Assembly (NCBI RefSeq): GCF_001194135.2
Contig: NC_069004.1
Coordinates: forward strand, 16,530,652 to 16,594,651
Length of the DNA stretch: 64,000 nt
Direction: 5' to 3'
From: Octopus bimaculoides
Taxonomy: Eukaryota
The notes under the pieces are model-generated. The model had not been told where the DNA came from and ran no database searches. It saw only the letters and a list, made by a program, of their open reading frames with translations. The position numbers were made by a program, and so were the translations under genes. This document shows positions 51,650-63,597 of the stretch, piece by piece (within the stretch, counting starts at the first letter, position 1; every line of letters starts with the position of its first letter).

Positions 51650-52536
51650 TCAAATAGTGTCGCTAGCGCGCATATGTGCATATGCATGTGTACGCATAAG
51701 TGCATATGAATGTGAATATGTATGTATTCAAGTGTGTGCGACTGCGTACACAGACCACATTTAGTAAGATATTTTGTCTTAAGATAGGAAAGCTATGAAG
51801 TCTAACAAAAGCATATCAGAAATGACATGATGTAATGTTTATACTTTTATTACATCCACTACTGTTCAGTTTTGAAGTTTGCCCCACTTTGCTTGTGTAT
51901 AGGTGTGTACATACGCGAACACCGTTTTGTATTATTAGTGTGCAGAATGTCTAAGGACTCATTCTCGTTGCTTCCGCCCACCTCTGCTAACGAATGCGCG
52001 CGCGCGCGCTCATATCCCACAGTTTAATGAACTCAACATTTTCACCCTGGTTTTTCATGTCTTTGAAACCTTACGAGATAGATAGATACACAGATACACA
52101 CAAACACGTACACAACCCTTGCTGTGTATATGTATTATGAAAGTGTGTTATGTAGTAGCCAACATATTTTCATGTTGCAACAAACGGCACCGGATGAACT
52201 AGGTTGTTGTTTGCACGTGACTCTTATCGACCAACCATGCGTCGGAATCCAAGTACGCATGCGTTGTTAGATTCCGCTGTTCGTCTCCTCCCACCTCGAC
52301 ACTATCCTTCTACCTCCTCACTATTTCTAACTCTTGTAACGCCTCACCTTTCGCAATTGCCACTACGTCTGCTACCACCACCTCCTCCTCTTCCTCATAA
52401 CAGTAGTGGCTGTAGTAGTAGTAGTAGTAGTAGTAGTGTCAATAGCGACACTACTATAGATGTGTCTATGTAGGGAGCTATGTAATAATATTGTGTATGT
52501 ATGTACATACATAGATGTATGCGTGTGGCAGATTAC

Positions 52537-52591
<55 letters not shown>

Positions 52592-52766
52592 CATACATAC
52601 ATACATACACGTATGCGTGTGTGTAGAATGACACTCTGCTAGATAGACGTATATGTTTTATATACGTCTGTCTTGTATAGCTCATAACATTGATACTTCT
52701 CTTTGCTTTTACTACTGGGGTGTATAAGCACATGTTTTCATACATTGAATTCTGTTAATACAAGTA

Positions 52767-52807
<41 letters not shown>

Positions 52808-54839
52808 GCTAGTACTACCACCCACTCTGATACTACTACTACTACTACTGCTGCTGCTGCTGTTTGCTACTTACCAGGAGACCTACTATCTATAACACCA
52901 ATGGCCTGCTACAACTGACTTCAGACGATCCACTTACGGCCATCAGGTTAGCAATACAAGCTTTTCGTTAGCTTTTTCATCTGGCTCTATATTTTTCTTT
53001 TTGCGTGTGTGTGTCTACACACACACACACACACACATTAAAAAACCTGGTGTATGTGTCTAAACATACATTAGGTTTGTATGTTATTTTTCATTTCATT
53101 CGATTGCTGTATGAACCCCCACACACTTATCATAACCTGTCCATGTAATGTCTCCCTACCTCCCTTCTGGCAATAATAAAGAACGAATTATCATCATCAC
53201 ATACACCCATAACAAGTGTGTGTTTTTCATACACCCATTGTCATTTCTTCCTTTGAACAGAAATTGATAGCAACACCATCAATGGCTAACAGTTTATTGA
53301 TGGCTATCAATCAGCTTATATTTTCATGCCTCGTACTACATTTTTGCTCTGGTAGTAGTAGTGCGTATGTGTATGTATGTATGTATGTATGTATCATCAT
53401 CGTATACACATATACTATACCTTCTGGTACTGCTAGTGGTGCTGTTTATGGTGCTTGTAATGGTACAATTTGCAGTAGCTGTATTTGTTGTTGGTATAAC
53501 AGCTTTGGCAGTATTAGTTAGGGGTGCGTGTGTGTGTTTTTAGTACCCTGTTTCTCGTCCCCATGAAGTCCCGTTTCTCGACACATTCGTTTATGACACT
53601 TGTTCGACATTTATTTCCACCCCCTCCTTTAACATACACATTACACCTTCCTCCTCTCTCTCTCTCTTTCAACTCTATCGTTTTTCTTGTAACACACCAA
53701 AGTCGTCATCACCAGCGTCATGGAGTTTTTTTTTAAATCTTTTTTTTTTTTGTTTTTCTTTTAGAATTTAATATATTTTCGATAGAGATTTTTTTGTGGA
53801 GAAATAGATCTGTATATACAGTACCTATTTGACACTGTGATAGAACTCATATATATAAATACACATATACAGAGTATCTGTTATAAAAGAAATGTTTATC
53901 ATCACCATTATTATTACATCCATCGCCGCCATCACGTCACCCCTACCCTTCCTCTTTTTGCTGATTGTATTTTATTGCTCGCCTATTATTACAACTGCTA
54001 CCTACCATCTACCAGGAAGATGATTATTATTATTAAACTCACTATCCTTACTTCAACCGTTACTGAAATGATTTTTTAACACAACTGCTCTTTGAACGAG
54101 CATTTTTAAATATGGTGCTGATGATGATGAACACAATAATAATAATAATAATCAATATTTGTATTATTACATGGTTGAGGTGCTCCTCCGCTTTAACCTC
54201 AACAAGAGAATGTCTATGTGGTCGTTCGGCATGCTAAAAATAGCCATAAAATCGTATCCTACTGCCTTAAATAAGAAAAGGACATATTGGATAATGTAGT
54301 CTTGCGTATCCCTAAGAAAAACGTGATGTTAGCGAGAATGTCTTTGATCATTGCTATGCTCGATCGGGGATTGACCTAGGGTTAAACAACACCAACAAAC
54401 CTCATTGATAACGCCCTTGGAAGAAGCATAAACGTCATTACAAGCCGTTTTTCCTCAACTGTAGTATTATTATTTGTTCTGGTATTCATATTTTCTGCTT
54501 ATAAATCATAGTGCATATGTTAAATCTTCCATTTTCATTTGTACTCCCACCCCAAAATGATCTAGGGATATGCGTGTGTGCTGGCCATGAATTAAACAGA
54601 AATTGTGATAGCAGTCCAGCATTAGTTTGATGTTTGAAACAACAGTTTCTTCCCCCCCCCCTCTCTAGTCTTCTTGATGGGCGTCCTTCTCTGCCCTCTA
54701 CCTACATACAACATACACCACTGTGATGGTTTAAAACTGGAGGCTTTTTAGTCTTTCAGCTCTACCATCTTTTAATTCCATTTTTATCCACCTCATGTGT
54801 GTGTGTGTGTATATATATATCTGTATGTATATATATATC

Positions 54840-54873
<34 letters not shown>

Positions 54874-55800
54874 TATATACACAAACATATACACACGCTC
54901 GCGCGTATAGACGTATATAATATACATACATTCTTCCTCACCTATTCCAGCCACGTGTTATGCAATAAGACATATCAATAACCAATTTTTTTTTTTTTTT
55001 TTTTTTTTNNNNNNNNNNTTTTTTTTTTTTTTTTTTTTGTTAATTTACTACAACCCACTGATCGATATGAAACTGCGGAAATCTTGTATGTAGTGTTGGT
55101 TATCGGTAGACGTTGCCATGTTGGATATGTTTTTATTGCAACGTGCCCGTTAGGTGGATGTTCAATACACAAACTAGCCTGCTGCTACTATCTCGACTAC
55201 TGTCATTTCTGCAATCCATAACTGCTGCTGCTGCTACTACTACTACTATAATTAATGGCTATTATATTTACAGAGGATAGATGAACGTTTATGTTTACAA
55301 ACGATAAAAGTAAAATACGTGTAATATTTTATGAAAAGATGGGGCTTCTTGAATCGTTACTCTGATTTCACGTTTGGGATTATTCAAACGAATGTTTTGA
55401 ATTTTGAATCATCGAGGAAACGTGAAACTCAGCAACGATTCAGGAAGCTTCAGCTTCTGATAAAATAATTACACGCCCGCGCGCTCATGCACACACATGT
55501 GTGTTATATATATGCATATTCTTCTTGAACTATCTTTTCGATAATGTTCGAATTTACAAAGTTCCATAGTCAGCTCTCATCTTCCAGAATTTCTTTTATC
55601 CCTTTAAATAACCCTATGGGAAGGCTCTCTCCGCCCCTTGTATGCCATTACAAACCGGAAGTTTTGGTTCATAGTATGGTATGGCACGTGCAAAAGAAAA
55701 TCTATGAACGTTCCCCCTGTGAAAATTCCATGAAATTCATTTATTTCGCATCCATGTTCGAGAATTGTGTACACGCAAAATAACTGGTACACTTTATTTA
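51650..55800 (+). promoter_or_regulatory. CpG-retaining intronic island, candidate internal promoter or enhancer
   Basis: About 34 CpG in 51661-52380 versus 4 in the equal-length 58141-58860 (hand counts); GC boxes, ETS, E-box and NRF1-like motifs; almost no long TEs. Confidence 0.6.
55009..55018. other. assembly gap inside a poly-T run (other gaps: 11818-12079, 37883-38334, 39532-40029)
   Basis: N runs in the sequence. Confidence 0.99.
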
Positions 55801-57228
55801 CAAAACTCCATTTATTATAGTGCCCACTGTATGTATTTTGTATGTCCATTTATTGCTGTTCAGAAAGAATCTCAAGGATCCATTCTTCTAGTGATGTGGA
55901 CACATAAATCTGTTCTCATTTATGAAGACATGATGTCCCAGAGAGCAATGGTTGTTTACGAAGGGAGGTAATGAGCACAAAGAATTTGTAAACCAAACTT
56001 AGCTGGAATTGCCCCAGTTTAATTTGCATATGTCCAAGTAATCTGTCACTGATTTTATGTTTGCGAGTTTTGTTTCCCTTATTGTAAAAGTCTGTTTTTA
56101 TTGAAGATTTTCTGTTGCTGGTCAACACGGAACTACTTGATTCTTCTGCATTTATTAAAGGGGTTTCAAAAAATTGAATTGTTTCAGCTTTTTAGTGTGC
56201 CTGTTCCATGTTTATCAGTATTGAATGGGATTAATTTTAAGGTAGTAATGAATTTCTTTGATATCTGTTGTAAGTCAAGATTATAGACATGCATCAACTT
56301 AGACGTTAGACAAACAGTCAACATTGAGGAAAGATATTTTATCTGACTCGCAACTGATGGTGTATATTAGATGGTTGTGTTAATGTTTATAAGTGTTTCT
56401 AATTTAAGCATTTAACACTTTTGACTGATACTTTATTTTATCAACCTCGAAGGATTTCAACTCAGAATGTTAACTCAAACAAATATTGCAAGACATTTTT
56501 CCAATGTTCTAATGATTCTATCAGCTCTCCACCTTTGTATAATAAATAACATAAAGGTCAGGATGTAAAGAAGATGGACAGTGTTCAAACAACTGCTGTT
56601 GTTTAACAATTTTTCTTGAGATTACATGCAGCATGAGGCTGCAAAATATGAAACATTTGATGCACTGCTTGTTGTGGTTGGTAAGAAAAGAATTGAGTAT
56701 AGTCTGTTAGAAATAGGAAGTGCGTTTAAGATAGTAAACTGGACATGAAAGCAGTGGTAGATGTATACATTATTATCACAAGGAGTGAAGTGCAGAAGTT
56801 GGAATATAGGTTTGAAGCTGGAATTTCTGAATAATTTTTAATTTCTGGAGTTGATAACATTATAGTCCTCTACCATGTGAATGGGTTTTAACTTTTCTTC
56901 CTTTTTTTTTCTTCTTTTTTTTTTTTGTTAATAGGGATGTAGACAGCGCCATTGAGTGAGTGTTGGCCATCTTATTTCATAAAGGTACAAGATGGAGACC
57001 ACATGTACCACCAGTTAAAGTATTACTAGATTGCAAGGCTAAAAGACTCTTAAATGAGAGGGTTTGATACTGTATTTAGCTAGCTAATCCTATCAACACT
57101 ATCTGTAGTCTGTTAGGGTTTATTTATTTATTGCAAATGTTATTCCTGTCTCGTTGACTATATTATCAGTTTGGTTTTGATGTTACAAAATAATTTACAA
57201 TTACATTTTGTTTATTTTTCATTTACAG

Positions 57229-57376
57229 TCTTACAAAATGGACAGCGCAAAAGCAATGTTTTCAGGTTCAAATTACAAGATAATCATTTTGTCAATACTC
57301 AAACTACAAGCTGTTTGTTTACAAACCCCATTAGTAATGAGGCTGAATGCATAACCTCAACACATGTTATTCTTAG
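57229..57376 (+). CDS. NCOA: NCOA exon 8, end of PAS-B: VLQNGQRKSNVFRFKLQDNHFVNTQTTSCLFTNPISNEAECITSTHVIL
   Basis: tttttcatttacag acceptor, TAG|GTAAGT donor, 148 nt, phase 1 to 2; overlaps ORF-track 57171..57380. Confidence 0.93.
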
Positions 57377-57434
57377 GTAAGTTTCAAATTTCCTACCATA
57401 TTACGTACATTTTTATTGTTTATTTTTATTATTC

Positions 57435-57640
57435 ATCGTCATCCTCATCATTTAAACTCCCACTTTCCATGCTGGCTTAGATGGTTTGACTGGGATTGGC
57501 AAGCCAGAGGGCTGCGCCAGGCTCCAGTCTGACTTGGCATGGTTTCTATGGTTGGATGCCCTTCCTAACGCCAACCACTCTGAGAGTGTAATGGGTACAT
57601 TTTCCGTGCCACCAATACGGGTTCCATTTACATGACACCA
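57435..57640 (-). mobile_element. RTE-type 3' end
   Basis: TTTCCATGCTGG..GGATGCCCTTCCTAACGCCAACCACTC, as at 20400-20520. Confidence 0.8.
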
Positions 57641-57939
57641 GTAACAGCCATGATTATGATTTCATGGGTGTCATTTACATGACACTGTCAAAAGCTATGA
57701 CTACATTAAAATAAGAGGAGTTGAACATTTAGATATTTTTAATAAGCCTGTTTATACTTCCCATTTAAGTAATCCTTTATAAAGACAATAAAACCTACTT
57801 AAGCTTGTAAGTTGAGAGACTGGGCCATAGTTTTATGAAGTAACAAGAAATAATAAAGGTTATTTGTAATAAGTTGTGTTATGTCAATGATAACTGGAGG
57901 AGAGGAGTGCAATACATTAGAGTACATATAAAGCATGCT

Positions 57940-58115
57940 GGTGGTACAAATAAAGCACGCAGTACATGCTGTAAAGTGGTTGGCATAAAAAGAGCATCCA
58001 TTTGTAGAAACCATGCCAAACAGACACTGGAGCACAATGCAGTCTTTCGACCCATCAGATCCTGTCAAACCGCCCAATCCATGTCAACATGGAACATAAC
58101 AGCTAAATAATGATG
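57940..58115 (+). mobile_element. RTE-type 3' end (older)
   Basis: AAGTGGTTGGCATAAAAAGAGCATCCA..TAGAAACCATGCC; ends in a ATGATGG tail remnant. Confidence 0.65.
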
Positions 58116-60139
58116 GTAATGGTAGTCTTTGTTATTAATAATCCTATTAATTTTCTCTTGTAGATCATAGATGATTGGATTGTGTGAATTGGTGGAGAAA
58201 TTTTTCACCATGGGTTTTGGATACCTTGACTCTTCATAAAACCTTGCCAGAAAGATCTAGCTGGCTGAGTTGATTAGCTCTTAGCATACCAGGTGCAAAA
58301 GAACATTCAAATCTTGCTGCCTAACTCCATTATCATCTTCTTCATCTTTTAATTTGTTTTCCATGCTAGCATGGGTTGGATTTGTGTTTAGATACCAAGG
58401 AGAGGTACAGTTCAATTGCAATAAGCAAGGTTATTGTACAATTGTTGACTAAGTGGCAAGTTGCAGAATTGTTTGAGTGTCAGAAAAAATGCCTTGCAGT
58501 ATTTGTTAATTGCTGGCAAAGCCACAGTATTTTGTTTTGCAACCACAATATATACTATCAAGTATGTTAAAGATTTATAAATCGATAGTGTGCCTTTTGT
58601 GTTAGCAGTGTGTTTTCATTTCTTAGTTTAGCTCGACAGATTTTCTATGGAGCTCAGGGCCAACACTGAAACTTATGACATTTTGTGTATGGTTCTATCT
58701 ATGTAAACATCCATTACTTATTTTTCTGTCTTTGATTGTTTTGTTTTTATAGGTGTACTCGTATATATAAAATATCGTAACTTTCAGTGCTGGCTCTGAA
58801 CTTTATAGAAAACCTGTAGAGATTAGACTTTAAAATTTGCAGTATTTGTTCCACTCTTTTTCTTCTGAGCTTGAATCCAAGATCAGTTTTGCCTTTAATT
58901 CTTTCAGGATCAATATAATAAAGTTCCAGTCAAGTGTTGGGTTGATGGTATTAACTCCCACTCATCAAAATTGCTGGCTTGTGGCTAAATTAGAAACCAT
59001 TATGATCAATGAATGCCTTGATTAAATTACAGTGTCGTTATCAAATCCTTTTTACAGATTACTAGAGATAGCTATAACCATATCTTCCCTATAGTATTAC
59101 TATTATTACCTATAGAGATTATAGAATTAGTTTTTTTTCATTGCTTTCATAGCTTCCCATGACTCTGCTATCATCCAATTCCATTATTGCAAATTTGAAT
59201 TGGTAGCTTGATTCATAGTGAATCTTTCATTAGCTGATTACACAAACATGGACACCACCCCTGTGGATGCATTGCAGTTACTCTCTTAATAGAGCTTGGT
59301 GATCCTGACTTGACTCCTCCACTCCACCATGCTGCAGTCCCATGACTTTGCCATATTGCTGGCAGGATGGTTGAACAGGTGCTATGCAGGGCACAGTCAT
59401 CACTCCATGAGGTGTTTTCAAAATAACCATATACTCTAATAGAATTAGTCAACTAATCGATCAGTTTTAATATTTTTTTTTTTAAATAATATTTTTGACT
59501 TCATATTGAGGATATACATCTTAGAGATGTGACCTAATCCTTGGATTATTGATGAATGGTTCCATATTAGTTTGGTTCTGTCACTTCTAATGAATACTGA
59601 ATCCTCTTCATTTAATACTGTTGCTGTTAATACAACCTCCAATACCTTACTAAGAATATTTACAGTGTTCTTATACTCTGGAAATATGGAAAAATGTGTC
59701 CATTATATTTATTCAGCTGTTGTAGAGATTCCACTGATATATCGCAGTATAAACATTGCTGTCACTCTACTGTTCTTTATCTGCTGATATAATGAACAAA
59801 ATGCCAAATGGTTGAATGGTATTATGTAATTACTTCAGAATAACAAAGATTTGGTCAGTATGTGACAGGTATAGCAGTTAGAGGATTTTGTAACCCTTTA
59901 TTCACCACAGTACAACAATGTTTCCATTGTTTCTTGTGAAATTTCAAAAATAATAAAGGTTTTGGCAATGTTTTAATAAATTCTTTGTAACTGAGACCCG
60001 CAACGGGGTATAATTATCTCACTTAAAAAAGTGTTGCTGTTGCCCATGCAGACCTCCAAGACTGCATCCACAAAAACCTCACCTGTCTAATATAAAGTTA
60101 TTCATGGAACTCTCTGGCCTCTTTCACAGGTGCACTAAC

Positions 60140-60330
60140 TTTTTTTTTTTTTTTTCCTACCAGTACTATAATGGCCTCTGCTCCTCAGAGCTGTTTGGGT
60201 TCATGCTGCATCCACTTTGGCACTCCTAACGCCCCACTTGTTATTCTTGTGTCCAAATGCCTGGTCCATCTTCCGCAGAATGTCATCCCTCTAGAATTTC
60301 CTTTCTGCTTATGTCTTTCTCACTGGTGTT
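60140..60330 (+). mobile_element. CR1/L2-like LINE, RT C-terminal fragment
   Basis: TACTATAATGGCCTCTGCTCCTCAGAGCTG encodes YYNGLCSSEL, homologous to 7669-7950. Confidence 0.55.
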
Positions 60331-60936
60331 GTCTTACAAAGGTCATTAACAGACCAGCAAATATTGCTAGTTAAAAAAAGTACTTTGGAGCAGTGATCCT
60401 CAAACTAACAAATACCAGCCTCTAATATTTGTGAAAATCTCTCTGAGACAAAATAGAGTTTGTGTTTGTTTCTTCACTATGGTGTTGGACAAGCTAAAAT
60501 TTTAATTTCATTAAACATGGCAATTTGTCCCTTTTTATTCCTCACAGCCCCATAAGTAACATTGCTCTGAAGTACCATTTCTATAGACTGGATAGAATTT
60601 GATATCAAAGCAACATTTTTCTGAGATGTTATCAGAGATGTGAAGATTGATTGTAACCAATTGAGTTGTCCAATCAATGATTTACTAGTCTATATACTTT
60701 CAGAAGACATTGTTAAACAGAGTGCTGGAGTAACATATTTAGAGGTGTAACCTGAGTTGGGGAGATCCTATAGTCAAGCAGCCACCAGTACTTTTGTAGC
60801 TGTTATTCTCTATTTGCTGCTGTATACTTACCAAGCACTGTTGAATGTTAATCACAATTTTACATACAAAGCCAATATTTTGTATAATAAAAACAGGCTC
60901 ACTGTATTTTCTGACATTAATAAATAGATCTACATA

Positions 60937-61150
60937 AGGTGGCGAGCTGGCAGAATTGTTAGCACACCGGGCAAAATGCTTTGTAGCATTTCGTTCGTCT
61001 TTACATTCTGAACTCAAATTCTGCTGAAGCCAATTTTGTCTTTCATCCCTTTTGGGGTCGATAAAATAAGTACCATTTGAGCACTGGGGGTCAGTGTAAT
61101 CAACTTAACCCCTCACCCAAATGCTGGCCTTGTGCCAAAATTTGAAACTC
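60937..61150 (+). mobile_element. family B SINE (relatively young)
   Basis: GGTGGCGAGCTGGCAGAATTGTTAGCACACCGGGCAAAATGC head; CpGs partly retained. Confidence 0.85.
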
Positions 61151-63597
61151 ATCTACTTGCGGTAGCTTTATTAAGTGTTTAACTATTCCTTTTATATATT
61201 TATTAATAAATCAGTATCAGTGTTTGATTTGCAGCAAAATAAAGTGTTCATATTTCAATTTCAAACCTCTCATAAAGACTTTTTAAGTTATTTTACTGAA
61301 TTTTCCAAAAAAACTTGATTATTTTCGAAATAAAATGCAACACATGGACAATATATTTAGTTAGAAATATGGATGGTTATGAAAGTGTTAAACAATGAGT
61401 TATGAAATAAGAAAAAAATATATAGTTAAAGTATATATGTTTGAATTCCTGACCTTGTAGGTAGTAATATTGAAGCTTGTTACTCAGAGGACACATTTAT
61501 ATAATGGGTTCACTGCTTTATCCCAGCTTATGTTATCTTACAAAGGAGGTATGTTCACTCTTGCAGGATTTGAGCTTAGAACAGTGAGACACTAAAACAG
61601 ATAAACTATCTAATTGTATGCTCCTCTTCAGTTTGGACAGCTAGGATCACTTATTACTACTTTGATATGTCTTGTTTCAAGCAGAATTGTGAATATTTCA
61701 TTATTGTCTACAGAATGAGTGCTGAGTAATTCCTAAGATTGATTATTTTCTAACATTTCCAGAGTTTCTGTGTGTCCACTAGCAGTTCAGTTTTTTTTTT
61801 TTTTTTCACTTCCAGTGCCAATAAGAACTTATTTAGGGTTGTGTTTCTTTCATTGCTCTAAAAAATGTTTTGTGAAGCCTTTAGATTACTTTCATGTGTT
61901 CAATTTCCAAACTTACTCCCTTCACTCTTAAAGTTCAGTGATTCAGTTGATTTCTCTCATGAAGTGGGTGTGGTTGATAAAATAAGTCGTCCTGTGATTG
62001 ACTTTCTGTCATAAAAATTTATGTTCAGTCAATATTACCACTCTATTTACAAGGTACTCCCAATCATAATGTACTGAGGTAATTTCTAAAACTTGAATTT
62101 GTTCAATGACTGTTAGCTATTTCTGACATTGAAATTAAAAACATTTCTTATAAAAGTAAATATGAACCATTCTGCTTTAACCAACATATCTCTTGCACCC
62201 ATACTCTCAATCAGCCACAAACACATAGATGACATAGTCATAGCCTTATTTTAAAACATAAAATCTTTGTCTATTTATCTCATTAGGTCTAAAGATGCAT
62301 GCCTTATGCACTATTATCACCATAACAGCATCATTTGTCTCTAGTCCTCAAATATCATGGGTCATAAATTTTCTTTTATAATAACTCCTAGTTATTTGCC
62401 GCCAGCTGTTCCTATTTTTCCTGCCTCGAGCAAAACTCATCAAAGCATATCAAAATATAGTATTATTTTAATATATCCAGGTATTTTGTGCTCTTATAAT
62501 GTCGGAACAGAGTGAACAAGGTGCTTACATCTATTCTTCAATACACTTGATGTTGGCTTAAGTTCATAGTAGCTTTCAGTTCAAATAATTAATCCAACCT
62601 TTGAATATTGTAATAACCTTGTTGAATGTGATTTCTATGCAGAATTTACATTTGTCGCTCAGTTCATATTGAGTCTTAAAAAAAAAATCCAGTCAGGTAG
62701 TTCTGATAGATATTTGCAAGTAAATTGTAACTCTTGGCAACAGCAGGACCTCACCAGAATATATCTATAGGTGGAGCTCAATTTGCTATTGGAAACTACC
62801 AGTTTATTATAGACACTGTTAAAATTTAAGTTTGAATTGTTGACTTTCGCTCTTTTCCCTGGTTTCAGAAGGTCCTCAGTCATAAATCATCATTGCAACT
62901 GGAAGTTAGTGGTTCTTATTCGTTTTCATAAATCTTGTTGGGTAACAATTTCAAGTAATTTTAATTCTTTACCAATATTGGACTCTGGCTATGTGTGTTG
63001 AGGTATTTGTTATCTGTTCTGATTATGTTGCTTCTTGTATTTCTTTCCTTATAAAGTCTTACAATACCTAATACAGTTTTTATTCCCGAAAGTGTGAGAT
63101 TTTGAAACTTTTTCAGTTTGGTTTATTGCTCTTTGTTTCTTTATTTTTTGTTATTGCCACCCAGTGTTCCTATTATGAAGGCCATGCACTATATTCTTCT
63201 TACCTTTATTTAAGACTTTGTAATTAGAACTTCCAATTTTATGTTCCTGTTCAAGACAGAAATAACCATCATTGATCAAGTCTTTAAATCTCAGACCTGA
63301 TTTTTATAAAGGAGCAACTAAGATTTTTTTTTAATACAAACAAAAGTATTTGGTAGACACTGATTTCATTGAAACCCTGTAGCTATCGTTTGGCCATCAT
63401 TAATGGTTTAGTGAAAACAGTTGAAAACTAATTTCATATAGAATAAATGTAAATTCAGTGTACTCTGTCAACCATAAGTTAATGGGATTGTTGTATTTTG
63501 TTCTCAAATCATTTACAAAGTTATAATGTTATATTGCGTGTGTTTGTGTTTGCATATTTTAAGTGATCTTTTATGTGTCTTATTTTGTCTTCTACAG

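Noticed and set aside
58753-58780. Strong-looking acceptor in intron 8 (possible poison exon)
   Set aside because: Stop after 8 codons and no convincing donor; no support without RNA data.
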